Shown here piece by piece: positions 25,845 through 39,384 of a stretch of 64,000 nucleotides of DNA (position 1 is the first letter of the stretch; the number at the start of each line of letters is the position of its first letter). The stretch is from assembly GCA_977030845.1 (NCBI GenBank), contig OZ365110.1, positions 22,010,001 to 22,074,000 on the forward strand. The letters run 5' to 3'. The notes under the pieces were generated by a model. The model had not been told where the DNA came from and made no database searches. It was given only the letters and a program-made list of their open reading frames with translations. A program made the translations under genes and the position numbers. The DNA is from Fimbriosthenelais zetlandica. Taxonomy: Eukaryota.

Positions 25845-26345
25845 ATGGGTTCTGTGGATGCTTTGCAGGAAAATCAGCAGCAAAAGCAGCAGCTGCAGCA
25901 GCAGAAGCAGCTTAGCTCAACCACAACAACAGCCCCGAGAGGAGGTAGCGTAGAGAGCGAGAGAGAGAGCAGGAGAGAGAGAGAGCCTCAGCCTAGCTTG
26001 GGAAGGAAGATTCAGTAAGACATCACTGCTTGGTGTGCCATATTTTCGCAGAGGACAGTACTGTCCTGGCACTGGGCGTCATCCGGAGCAGGGTGAGGGT
26101 GGACTGTGAGAAGCAGGACTGATCTGGAGGCTGTAATTCCAACATACCTAAGCAGGACGGAGGCTTGCACGTTCAACATTGGAGAAGGGCACGGGTTTTA
26201 TGCTGCCTTTACGTTTCAGGACTTATCTGGGCCGGAGCTATTCATGAAGGCGAACAGGAAGTGATCTTCACAGGGGACCCTTTGACATGGTGTGACAGTT
26301 GCCCTATCGACTAAAGTAAAGACTGTGACACCACTGCAACTAAAG
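25845..26345 (+). other. Candidate alternative first-exon / 5'UTR exon region
   Basis: CAG-rich then GA-rich tract; donors TCA|GTAAGA (26015), AGG|GTGAGG (26094) and AAG|GTAGGT (26346); acceptor ATATTTTCGCAG ends 26051; three short upstream-type ORFs at 26200-26295. Confidence 0.38.
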
Positions 26346-29300
26346 GTAGGTCTTCAAAAATAGTAAACATGGGACAATGCTTGAATGCCAAGCCAAGGCT
26401 GGTAAGGCATACAGAGGCTCTGCATAACCTATAGTGACTGTCAGTACATGTACTTGTTTTCTGACAGTGGGGGCCGCCATGTTAGCTATAGAGGTCGTTC
26501 TGATCCCTAGGATGTCAAACGTGATATGAAACAGTCCCCTTGTTTTGAAATTCCTCAACCGTACTACATACAGCAGTGGATAAACAGGCATTGTGCTGCA
26601 GCAAGAGGCATTCAGAGATCTATCTATGTAGCTGTGTATTGATTTTTCCACTAGGTCCCTGCCAGAAACACATCAGTTGGTTGCCTTGCACACGTTGCTC
26701 CGGGATGTTATGTTTTAGATTTTTTTTTACCCACTGCAGACCTCTGTAAATCATCCCGGCTGGTTAGAGAGGCGGGTCTCACAAGTGTGCTACCCTAGAT
26801 TCAATCAGTCAAAATGGGGCTGTGTGCAGTGAACGGGAGCAATCTTATTAGGGGTCGGATTTAGCCAGGTCTGCTCCGGACGTGCTAGTTGTCATTGAAA
26901 TTTTAGCCCATAAAATGCACATGTATACATACCTTTATCCAAAATGCTTCAAAGGACCTTATGCCATTCTATTTAGGAATTTTAGCAATGCTAAGTCCTA
27001 TGGCTAACATTCCTTTTGAAACAGACTTCTGAATCTTGATTTTACCCTTCTTTGGATAGCCTACATAATGGAATATATATTCAATAATTTAAACATTATC
27101 TGCAATATAATTATAATGATTTATCGAACTTTGAAAATTTAAATCAAGTTTAAATTAATTTTAAAATCTCCACCATATTAAACATATAACTTAAGCCTAG
27201 CTATTCAAAGCTGATGTCAGAAAGTTTATTGAAATCACTTTTGAAATTAAACAATTTAGTATTTGCCAGTGAACGCTAACGAAGTAATAGGCCTATCAAC
27301 ACACCTGCTGCAGTGGACATTGACCAACACATGCATGCCCTAATCTGTAATCAGCAACAAATATTACACCACAGACACCTGGATATGCTAGAAATAGAGA
27401 GGGAGTGGCCTCTCGTTGACTAGCTGCTGAGAGTGGGAAAGCGAAGGTCATTGCCGCTGCGCTGTGATTTTCAAATGATCTCTAAGCCCCAAAAGCTGAC
27501 GGTGCTCACTAATGGCCGACCTTTATGATGCTTGCTGCCCGGGCGTTTACACCTAGAACCAACCGACACTACTGCAATCTAATGTCTTTTTGAGATGAAT
27601 ATGGCAGGACCTGCAATAGGACGTGCGCACCTGGCCAATGAAATTAGATACAGGAAAAACATGAAAGGACTTGAATTTGGGTCGTGAAACCACACCACAG
27701 CATCTGAGAGAAAGTAAATGTAATAGAATGTACCAATATCCATGTGCAGGCAGGTGATGCAATTAACACTCTCCTGGGGGAGTGGTGGCAACACCTAGGG
27801 AGACCTCATATTTGTTATTCAAGTGTCCTATTGAATGTAGTCTGTTCATAGTTATATGGGCTATTAACACTACTAATGATGTATACAGGATGTTTCATAA
27901 GAGAGTAAGATCCCTTTAGTTCATGTTGTCAATGTTCTCAATGCTGTCAATGAGTTTTGTAATTCATTAACACCATGAACTAAACTACTTATGTAAAACT
28001 ACAGGCTGATGGCACTCATAACCACTCCTACTTTCTGACAGGATATGGGAAATAGTTCGCGGCTGGCGCTTCCCATCGATAATTAAATTACCTTGATTTT
28101 TCAGAAGTACATTTCCAAAATGCCATGCTTAATACAGATCACGTCTCCAAGCTAGGAATGTGTAGTGATTAATATTACAAGGTCGATTATATTATGGGGC
28201 CTGGAGGTAATTTAATATCTGAAACAGATGGTTGTGGCAAGAACATGTCCCTTACTCCAGCCTCGACATATTGCAGAATGATATGTCTTGGCCCTCTTAG
28301 TTACATGGCCACTGCTGGCGATACCAGAGTGCAAAGTCAGGATTCTCTATCGATCCTCGTTTAGATTACTAGCCAACTAGCTTCAGGGGAAGGTTGTCCT
28401 ATATAGTGTAGTGTATCCACAATGATAAGCTTCATTATAATAGAAATAATCAGTATCCTGCTCTCTCCCTGAACCTGTCACCTTTATCACAGAATTATAT
28501 TTGCTCAATCGTCGAGGGAGGTCGTGGCGAGAATTTAATAACAGTATTGTACGATGCTCAGGAATCTCTGCATGTCACTGGCGCTAGATAAGTGTAGGCC
28601 TATTTCAAATGACTTCCTGGCATTTGTATCAGCAAATGTTGCGACTGTTACAATCTTTCACTGCAATATAGTGATGAATTATCTGGCCCCTGAAAATACA
28701 TGGTGATACTGCTGCGTTTTATCTTTCAGCCATTCCGTTGGTCTTTCCATAATTACAGCAGGCATTTTACCTCTTGAATTCCTTAAAATAAGCATAATTA
28801 TTTAACGTACCATCTTGAATGAAGGAGAGGTTTTATTTCCCTATTAGTCGTAGCTGGTGTTTTTGTGGAACCCTACATCAAATGCCAGAGGGTTTAATTA
28901 CCATTGAATGGAGCTGTTTTTATGTAAGCATTGAAAATAAAGTAGATTTGGCCCATTGCCTGGAGCAGATTACCTCATTTATTGGTATATAGGTATAATG
29001 TAATTTGCAGATCACAATGGAACTCTGCTGCCTCTTCAGGTCTGCCTCAGGCCAGTGAAAGACAAAGGCCTAAATGTAATAACTAGCCTTTTAATATTTA
29101 AATGCAGATGGTGACATTAGCAGAAACTTGTTTTTCCATTCTCATTTTGAGTTGGTTTCTGATGAGGATTCTTTCTGATCCAGTCAATATTCCATCTAAA
29201 AGGTCAGCGTCCATTTGAAAACATAATGATTAGGATAATTACCGAAATTTCTGTTGCTATTCCTGGAAGCATCATACAGCTATATAATAAGATATCGATC

Positions 29301-30386
29301 CGGTGGGCGGTATTAGAGGTAAGCCTAAATGATGAATAATTGTCACATCATTATTATTACTATAATCATGCTGATCATTGATATGCCAGCACCAATATTA
29401 CATGAGATCTGTAATCATAATGGATGTGCTCCCCATCGATCGCCCGTGTGATCATCCACCATCTTATCCTAAATAGATGAACTATAGATAACATGATGCA
29501 TGGTAAAAGCTAGATAGTCGAGACTCCTCTTATCTCTAAAGATCTATAGTTGCCAAGGCTCATCTATATAAATGGACAGAGGCTTTGGCAACATGGTTAG
29601 GTGGGCACCCAAGGCGTTGTAATGCATTTCTAATGACAAGTGGGCAGTGGGAGCCATTCCCTCTCCTTATCATATAATTAATTCACGATGGCTGTTTTCA
29701 CCACCATGTGGCCATCTTCCATTTTCACAAGGACAACTTGTCCTTGCTCCTCCCCGTATGCACCAGCTTTATGTATTGACCTTATTTCATTTGTTCCCCC
29801 AACGCTCCCACCCATTAGGCCTACTTGTCAGGCTCACTAATTGAATCCTTGACAGAAGATAAATTGCCTAATTGTAACTTGACAAAGAACAGGATGATAA
29901 TCTGATACCATTTGATGTATTGCGAGTCTCTACTTTTTACTGTGACCTACTAGCAGCAAGACCTATAGATATATAATATAATTGCATGAAACTAAAGAAC
30001 AATTATTAGTAAGCCAAAACAAACGATTTATGAGTCGTGCTAAATTATCTTTCTGATAAAAACATTAACTTTTAATCACTGAAATATTACTATCGATGTT
30101 TAGTCCAATCTGCAAAGCCAGAAACTTGATGGCACCTGTTTTGATGGAGTTTGGTACCTCCACAGATACTGCCTACAAATATATCTGTGGTGGTTGTGGT
30201 GAATAGAGATAGAGAGAGGAGGAGGAATGAGCTGTTACACGAGTGAGATCCTAGTGAAGGCTAGGCTAGCTTCATATTGTAGATGATATCCCAGCGGAAT
30301 GCCTCTAGAAAGGAACCTATTGTAAGGCAAACAGGGAGATGTGGGGCTGGAATGAAAGATAGCAGATGAATAGTGCCGAGGGAGCT

Positions 30387-30402
30387 AGAGAGAGAGAGAG
30401 AG
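30387..30402. repeat. (AG)8 microsatellite
   Basis: Read directly. Confidence 0.9.
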
Positions 30403-30483
30403 GCGGGGGGCGGGGTAGAGATGGGGGATTCTCCCTACCATATGCCATATCAATAGACATGTGTCCGTCCATTTGAACATGTA

Positions 30484-30677
30484 TCTCCCTTCTCTCTCTT
30501 TTTCCCTTTTTTCGTTCTCTCTACTCTTCCCCTCCTCTCCCCCTATTCTCTCACTCTCTTTCCCTGGTCTGTCTTTCCTCACCCCTACTCCGTACCCCCT
30601 CATATCTGCCTTCCCATACCTCTTTCTCTCCCTAGCCCTCTCTCTCCCTCCCCCTCTCTCTCCCTCCCCCTTTATCT

Positions 30678-30735
<58 letters not shown>

Positions 30736-30736
30736 T
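30484..30736. repeat. About 250-nt polypyrimidine tract ending in (CT)24
   Basis: Nearly pure C/T; perfect CT repeat at about 30680-30727. Confidence 0.95.
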
Positions 30737-33700
30737 AACAATCGTTAAAAGACTGGGTTCATTTTGGGACTGATATGCAGACCGCAAGTGATCTATTCGG
30801 TTCCAGTAAGTAGAATAGACTAATCCACAACTGGTCGTCTTCTATGATGTAATACCTACATTTATGTAGTCTTCTAGTTGACGGCAGTTATTCCCAAAGC
30901 ATGTCATCGACATTTAATCGATCACCACCGCCCACTAACTAAACACTGAGCCTTTCCATTTATATGATCCACATTGATGTCAGATATCTTTGATGGGCAC
31001 CGCTCTTTTGTGGGATGCAAGGCACCCTTCATGGCTTTCCCAGATATTAGCTGCTTTTGATGGCAACCACTACCAAGAGCCTATCACCGAATTGTGACCA
31101 GCATATATACTAATCCCAGACCCACAATTTACGTATGTACTTTCATTATTTCCTAGCTTGAACTATTTGGAGGTTCGGATAAAGTCAGTCATTCGCTTTG
31201 TTGGTTTGAGCTTTAGCAAGTTTTAAATTTGCATCTGTATTTTAAACTGAATCACTTTTTGTAGTGCTTTGCCGATGACTTAATGTCCCTAAGTCGTTAC
31301 CAATGAAATACTGGAATGATCCAACGTAAAAATTGCACTTGTTTCTTCATGCACCTGCTCTCCCGTTTGTCTCCAATTCGCTTTCTGACATGATGTTCCT
31401 GAACTATTCAGAACACTTCAGACTGATTGAAGAATGAGTCTAAATGATTATAATGGTATCAATTAGTATTAGGACATGAAGGATGGAAATGATTCAAATG
31501 ATGACAATGAATGGAGGGATTCAGAAAATTATTGGGAAATATTGATGGAATGGCATTAAAATTACAAGGCATTAGTTAATAGAGCATTTGTATGAGCCTC
31601 ATCAAAGGCTTCAGTTAGGACATGTATTTATAGAAAACCTTTTAATCATGTCCCAAATTTAAAATTACCCAGTTACCCAAGATATTATTAAGGGAAGCTT
31701 CCCTGGATCTCATCACTATCTAAATACTTATAACGGTTTAATTTGTGTAACCCAAGACCTGTTATTAGATCAACATGCAGTTTCCCTGGAGCTGCACAAT
31801 GTGCAGGATTAATTTAGCTCTAGTGACTGAACTAAATATAGGGTTTCAAGAATGATTATAATAGATAATATATCCATCCAGGGTCTTTTTACACAGGTCT
31901 GTGCTATAGGACAAGGCAGGACATTGAACTCTCTACTCAGTATCGTACCAATCCCACTCACTGGCATTGGTGTCCCTGAACACTAAATAGATTGAGCCTG
32001 GCTTGCGGACTTAAATTTAGAAGAAAAAACTTGCTAATTCTTTAGATAGCACCTGACTAGCAATGTTTCTGGTTGTGCAAATGAACTATAGGCCTATGTG
32101 GACCAATGTTGAGTTAATGATGTATTAAAAATCGGACGCAGGATAGTTGGCAGTCGTTTAGATGTGCATCGACTCATCCTATCCTTCCCCATCCCCACCC
32201 CCTTACCCACACACCCACCTCGCCCCTCCGATCCCTGAGTTGTGATTACCCAGCCCCGGTTCATTTTAGGCCTTCTGTCCTTTCATGAAAGGCGACTAAA
32301 AGGTTTTCGTGCCAGGAGTTGGCGTTTTTCTTTTGGCTAGAGCTTTTATCATGAGGCTGAGAGACTTTGATAAAACTTGGTGCTAGGCTCATTACACATG
32401 CTTATTATCTAAATGAAGGAAATATAGGCAGAGGAAAAACAAAATAAAATGTTGGATGTTTATACTTGTAAGGATTCATCAAGAATCATCAGAATCACAT
32501 TGACTCTGATCCACGGTGCTTAATTCCAATAATTATTGTCACATTTCTTTTTTAAATGAAGAATTTAATCAAATTGAGATTCATTAGTTGGCACTGCATA
32601 TCGCATGGTATCATCTTTCGGACCTAGCTGCCACTCTTGATTATCTTATGACAAATAGTAGTTTTTCTTGCCAGCTGTCCATTATCCGCTACCATTGTGG
32701 TTTTATATGCCCTATATGTGGTATTTATTATTTGAGATGATTATTTGTGTTGGTTATCATTTCAAGTTGTTGCTATCGTCTGACAGTGACGCTGCCGTCA
32801 GTAGGAAAGTCTTGGTAATATAAGCCGCAATCTCCATGATAGAGAGATTAGTCCTACCCTCAACCATCTAATCATGTCATCTCGTTATTGTGACTTCCTT
32901 TCGACACCTGTTTTCTCTCTCAATTTTAATGTGTTCAGAGTGTTAATTATGTATTTTAATTAAAACATAGGTTGTGGTACTATTAATGGTATAGGTTTTG
33001 GGCCAACGTAAACAGGGCGGCGGGAAATTGGTATTCCACAAGAGATGCAGACATGTGATAGCGATCCATTTAATGGGAGATAGGCAGGGCTGCCTTCTAT
33101 GAATGATACAGTGAGTAGTTGTGGGAAATTGGGCTTAGGCTCTGGTACCGGCTTAGGTTATAGTAGTATAGAGAAATGGGCAAACGGAGCAGGCACTACT
33201 TGTGTTAGTGCAATGGTGTATATACAGCATTTAAATACTGTAAGGGGCATTTAATTGGTAATCTTCAAATATAAAATTATTATTTTGATAAGATTGCTAA
33301 TTGTCAATAGGTCCAAATATGAGCTCATTAATTTTACATCGTTAAGTTATTGTACTCGGTTGTAGAAGACTGTAATGTAATCAGCAAAGCACTTCTGGTT
33401 TTCCTTACCCGTATATTCTTTTGTTTTGATTGCTTTACCTTTGCTTCTGCTAATGAAATAGGAAATTACGTCTACAAAAAAGAATTCGGAAAGAACCTAT
33501 GTATCAATTAAGGTCCACCGAAACTACCAGCCATTCATAAAGTTCTTTTAAGATTGATCCACTTGATTATTTGAACACATCTGTTTTGGGAGACCATATA
33601 TTTTACTTTGTTTTGGTGGCTGGGACTAGCATAATCTATATCCCCTGTGTCTATTGCTCTCATGGTGGGGAAGTATCGACGGCACTGAGCCATCCCTCAC

Positions 33701-34806
33701 CATTTTTACACTAGAACTGCTTCCTGCTCGCTTCCTGCTCAAGCACCCCGACTCGAGCCACTCGGAGCAGAGCCTGTGATAAGCTTTAATGGTCTGTGCC
33801 TTCCCAGAATAGGACAGAGTCCAGGCCCGCTCGACTGAATAGCAGGCAAATACAGATTTTTAAAATTCTGACCCGAGGAAGAATTCAGACAAACACAAGT
33901 GGATCCTGAATAATGAAGTGGATACAAAGGATCAGAGGGGAATGAATTCCCAAGAATCCCCTAGTGTTAGTGGTTGATCGTTTGTTAAATTGAAATATTG
34001 AATTATTCCGTTCATTTTCAAATAGGACGTGGGATGGTATTGAACTAGTTCACTCAAATATGGCAGAAATTAATGGTTGCATTACAATTTAGAGTCCATT
34101 TGAAGCGGTGGTCACTGCTCCCCAGTTCACATATATACCTGTGAATGCCTATACTCTCAACAGTTTACTTCAACATTCCCGGCCCTGGCTTTGATTTGCC
34201 CCTCACGAGGCCCTATGACCTTGTCTTTGCCTTTAGTATTCTGTTCAATACCTCGTTCATCATTGCTGGGGATGATAATGGGAGGGGAATAGCGCCGACT
34301 AAACGCTATCATAAATCCCCTCTACTTCCTTTATTTACACACGTTACCATTGCTAACTGTTCATGCTTTATGACATGGGTCGGCAGTCGGCCTCTGTCTA
34401 TCTGTAGCAGAGTTCACTACTACCAGTACAGCCACACCCGTCACTGCTATACCAGTAGAGGAAGCTGGGGCGGAGAAGGCTGATGAGTGGATGGCTGGGC
34501 GGTGGCAGTAGCATTATTAATATTGCTACGAGATGGCATAATATGAATTCCATGCAGTCATGCAAGCGTCTGGGTAATTCTCCATGTCTAGGCAAGGGGG
34601 CGGGGCACCGATCATGTCAATTATACCTACCAATTAGACGGTGCCCCCATCAGTATAGAGTAAGGTAGAGGAGTATGTAAGTGTCGGCATTGGATGTATT
34701 TAAGCCTCATGACATGAGGTATAAAGTTGGCCAGGCCCATATGTAATTGTACCTTTGAGTTTAAATCTTTGGCTATAGCTTCAAATGGGGCAAGAGTTAT
34801 ATCTGA

Positions 34807-34834
34807 GGGTGAATGGGTGGATGGGTGGGTGGGG
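34807..34834 (+). other. Canonical G-quadruplex motif (five G tracts)
   Basis: GGG-TGAAT-GGG-TGGAT-GGG-T-GGG-T-GGGG. Confidence 0.75.
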
Positions 34835-35618
34835 TTGAGTGAGTGTGTGCAGCCAGAATGTTTGCATGTTGTTGCAGTGTGTGACTTGCTGGTTTTCGCC
34901 ATTCTGGCCTCTCCCGTGGGAGAAATGGGCGTCTCTGTGGCGTTCCAACTTTCAGAATAGACTGATCGAAAGTCCTACCATAATATTTTGCAATTTTTGC
35001 TCCAGCCAAACATATATAATGTGTTTAGTGAGTTATATTCCTTTAAGACAAATGTCCCAGTTATTGACACCCAAATACTACCATTGCAATCCCCCATTCA
35101 TCAAATTCTTGTCATCTAACCTGGCTTCCATTGTAGAACTTGAACAAAAATATTTTACTATAATATTAATGGAAACGGAGTAATGAGACGTATGTATGTC
35201 CATATATATCGGCCTGCTTATTAGGTACCATACATAATATGCATTATGCATGATTATATATGCAAGCTTACTGCAAATATATGCAAATTGCAATTTCTTA
35301 GCACATATGGCCATGTATGTCAGGATCAATAGGCGCTTGATCTAATTATGTAGACATTGCATAACCTGAGTGGTACTTACCATCTGGTGTATTGATGAAA
35401 ATTGCAATTGCATTTTTGAAACCGTAACAAATACTTTTTGCTACATTGCTATCAACGTCTGACATTCATTTCATTTGTTTCATTTCCAACTCGTTGCACT
35501 AAATCACTTGGGATGGGACTTCAGTCTCATTCCCTCAAACAAAATCTCACAAAGCAACTCAGAAATAACTCTTTTTTCCACAAAAAATATAATTAGCCCG
35601 TGCAAATGAGGTTGGAAA

Positions 35619-35982
35619 ATGAAGGTAGTTTATTGCCGTGCTATAATATTGGCGAACATCCTGATCGTAAAAGTGAGAGAGAGTGTGAATGGGCGTGTAG
35701 GGATGAGGCCGGGGCTGGTGGTGCCTAAGCCAGATGTAGGGGAATTGGGTAAGAGCCCAGGCTGGAGCTTTCACCAAGCACGTCTATTTAGGGCTCGCTC
35801 GGCCAGTGCCAATTATGACAAGGTATCGATCGCTCTAGCGTCAGCCTTGGCTTTCTGGATCAAACTGATCCTGAGCTTGGATACCCGAGCATCAGTACCG
35901 GACACTTTACTGCACCGTCCACGAGTATTATTCCCCATACACACACTAGCTGCTGCTCAACACTCACAACCATATATACAAG
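35619..35982 (+). other. ATG-initiated open frame ending at a strong donor (weak first-coding-exon candidate)
   Basis: 121 open codons from ATG 35619 to AAG|GTATGT at 35983; hydrophobic N-terminus MKVVYCRAIILANILIV. The length is within chance range. Confidence 0.18.
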
Positions 35983-36240
35983 GTATGTTAGCACTTAGTC
36001 TCTGATGGAAACATCATTCCTTTACCACTGTTTTTATTGATATCCCCAAAAGCAAAGGCTTCTATATATCGAGTCGCTGTTGAAGGAAGCACCCCTCTGC
36101 GGCTTTTCTCTCCCTGCAAGCATTCACTGATGATCTGGTGTGCTATTGACTTATTGTCAAGTCTTGCTTCAAGTTGCCTCCCATTTGGAAGTGGCGGCTC
36201 GGTTTTGTGTGAAGGGGGTCAGAAAGTGATAAGGGCTAAT

Positions 36241-36638
36241 GGGATTTGGTGTTGGTGTGGTAGTGGGAGGTGGGAGGCAGAGAGTGGTGGGAGATGGAAA
36301 GGCATGGGGAGTAGGTGCATGGAGGGAGAATTAAAAGGAGGACAAGAGACTGAGGAGTGGGAGACAAGACAAGGTGCATTAGAACTCATGGAATGTGACA
36401 ATGGAGGGAAGAAATGTGTGAAGGTATTGGGAAGGGAATAGAAAATCATCACCTGGTTAATGATTCAGACTGATGCATGGAGAAACAGTAATGAGGAACG
36501 TGGGTTCAGGCTAAGGGGAGAGATCAAATAAAGGGGCTCAGGAATGGGATGAGTTGGGCTGAGGGAAGCTAGGAAGATGGGGAGTGGGAAATGTGGGAGT
36601 AAGTGAGAGAAAATGAAGTAGGAGAAACTAACGAAGAA
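36241..36638. repeat. Purine-rich (G/A) low-complexity tract
   Basis: GGA/GGG/GAG-dominated; explains the chance ORFs at 36037-36452. Confidence 0.7.
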
Positions 36639-38476
36639 CAAATGTTCAAATGCCTTGCAGAAAATATAAGCTACATTGCGAGCATCAGATATTTATAAAA
36701 TGTAAAGAGGACATTGGTCCCATTTGGGAGGGACGTCCTGCATGTCAGGAACCTCTCCTCTGGCTACAAAAGGCTCCTTAGAAGGCCAATCTTTACACGA
36801 CTCCAAACACTAGTGTTGTCCGAGGGAAAAAGAGATCCAAAAATAAAAGACCAGGAAGTTGTTGTTTGAAGCGGGGCTTTCAGAAGAATGAAAGGCACTT
36901 TCCTGCCAGTTGAAATAACAAGCCGTAAATCAATCCCCGTGATTTTGATATGAAATTCCAAACAACAACTTGCAGGAACAAAAGACAATTGATCCAGAGG
37001 CAATTTCCCATTGTTAGCCAAGGGAATCAATAATGGGTAATGTCTGAGGGAATTAAACAACTACAATATATATTAGTTTGTCCTTTCTTAGCCGTTGACA
37101 ATGCCACAGAATGAGTTGTTATATTACTCATTAATTATACTGGGTATTGAATTATAGCTTTGTAATATGATATTTATTCTGAAGCTGTTTATACTTGTGT
37201 GAATAAATTAAAAATTTAAACCTTATTGTAATAATAATAATGAGCCTTTGGTAGGCTATGCATTCTGATCCAAGATAGTTATGAGTTTTGGTGTAGGGCA
37301 TTTTGGAGAAAGATTAGTGATTAAGAAGCACTGAATGAGGAGAAGATGAATCAGAAGGATGAGATAGGGCGGTGAGATATATAGAAGCAGGGCTGGAGAT
37401 GGTAGTGTGAACCTTTGTGGCAGATGTCGATGAGGACTGCTCATTGCCAACAAGGTCAAATGCTCTCTGCGTCATATCGAACCAATAAGGGATCGATATA
37501 AGCCTTTGTGAGATAGATTGGAGCTTAGCAGTTGGCAGGCTAGCCTAGTACCCTCCTACCCCTTCTTCTGCTTCAGTCTCCAGAACTGTGAATATAACTG
37601 GGCATTCTCTATTACTACCAATCCTTTGAACACAGTGCTTTTTCATCGTGCAAATGCCATTATTTTGAATATTTCAAATCCCTACCATTAAAATTTTAGC
37701 ATTTTCATGCAGGCGGGCCCGTTTTATGGATCTTGCTTTAATGATATAATGCTTTTTCTGGATTTGTGCCAGGGAATTGTGACTCCTGATTGAGCCAGTT
37801 TTACTGCTATATCTACTACGAGGCCTACACCAACGTCTGTATTTTACTACCTTTTGGCTTGCGATCTGATATTTGTTTTGTCACACAATGGCATATGTGT
37901 ACATAACATATAGGGAAAATGTACAGTATTAGTATAAAAATTTTCATTATGAATAGGAATTTTATTTCTCTGAAAACTGTGCACAGAGAAGGACACCAAT
38001 TTTTCTGTCAACATGTTAGAATCAACCTTGGAATGAAACGGATGGAAGCCATTGAGTTTAAAATTACCACTTAGCTATTTAAGATGCAGATGAAGCCTTG
38101 TCTTTGAGATGAGCCCTCGTCTGAGCTTTGTAAAGCCTCTTTCAGCAGACTTCATCAGATGGACCGTCTCTAGTGGTGGAACACCAGCTCTAGGTTCACT
38201 CCAACCGGTTTTGAAGCATCGAATGTTATTAGGAAATCGATATTTCAGATTGAGTTGGGAAGAACAGCTGGGGTAAGAGTGGCTTTACTCGATCCACGGC
38301 TGTAGGCTATAGATGTACCTTACACAATACACACAAAATCCCGGAGATGTACAGGCTTTCTAAGTAAGATATGGGCTCCTATAGTGCTGGGACGGGCAAA
38401 TGAAGAAGTCATTCATAGAACAAGGGTGCCAGTGTCCCGGGGTGTAGGAAATAACGAGTGTGGTGTGGGTTAGCCC

Positions 38477-38525
38477 TGATTGATCGGATCAGATGATTGA
38501 TTAGGGGATCAAGCCATTGATTGAT
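38477..38525. promoter_or_regulatory. Three exact TGATTGAT octamers (Pbx-Hox-type sites or decayed (TGAT)n)
   Basis: TGATTGAT at 38477, 38494 and 38518, separated by non-repetitive spacers. Confidence 0.45.
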
Positions 38526-39384
38526 TACTTCATTAACACACCCATGAATCATTCAGTTTTTTCCTTAAAGAAATCATTAATTATTTTCGAACGCGCTCAT
38601 GGTATAAGATCTAGCAAATTATACCATGTCAATTTCTAAGCAATCTTTACATTATGTTTATAATCATAGTTCGAATATTTATTGGCAATTCATAAATGTT
38701 TCTGGAGAATTTGGACTATTTCTAATAGAGAAAATCGGCATCCTTGTCACTGACATATTCCTGGTACTCGGGACTTTCTGCCTTCTGACTCCGACTCAAT
38801 AAGCCAGACCCAGAAGCTGGCAGTCAGCACCAAAAAACATTTGGAAACCACCAATAGACCATATTCTATGGAGCAATATCTCACCTGCCATTTTACTGTC
38901 AGGCGATTACATAATAATGACAGTTAGAAGGTAGGCTATAACAGGACAAAAGACCTGCCAAAGGCAGCAACAATCCTCCACCAACACCAGCGCCATTACC
39001 ACGCCTGCCGGCGACTGATCGAGTCATTATTTTTGAATGACAACAATGTCACCCTTTTCTCATCCATTATTCATGGCGCCTTTTGAAAAGTGGGCAGGAG
39101 GAGGGAGGAGGGATTGCCAATATAGTAGTGGGGTCCTATCGTACTTGTCGCCCTAGAGAGGGATGGAGTCCACTGATTATAATGGTGTTGTGAGCGATAA
39201 AAGAGCGATTCTAATGGTGTGTAATTCAGCTGTCAAACGATGAGATGCTCCCCACTGGTTGAATCTGAATGGGAAGCTATGTCCAATGTCAAAGGTTGTG
39301 GGATTGTTCATCTAATGACTTCACACTAACAAAACGAAAGGTTTTGATGGAGTTGAAAGTATTAAATCGATACACTACTATCGC

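Noticed and set aside
26052-26067. Perfect 16-bp palindromes (26052-26067; also 51265-51280) and a 10-bp-arm hairpin at 46781-46809
   Set aside because: About one of each is expected by chance in 64 kb.
26142-26165. Minus-strand AG|GT site CCTCCGTCCTGCTTAG|GTATGT
   Set aside because: Short C-rich tract, no clear branch point and no downstream donor within 60 nt; recorded as background for the ratchet argument.
31247-31295. LNHFL*CFADDLMSLS resembling a LINE reverse-transcriptase FADD motif
   Set aside because: Flanked by stops within a few codons, with no other RT motifs recognisable nearby.
36764-37060. Plus-strand frame with VVV*SGAF vaguely like Tc1 transposase VMVWG
   Set aside because: Several stops and no DD(35)E motifs; similarity too weak.
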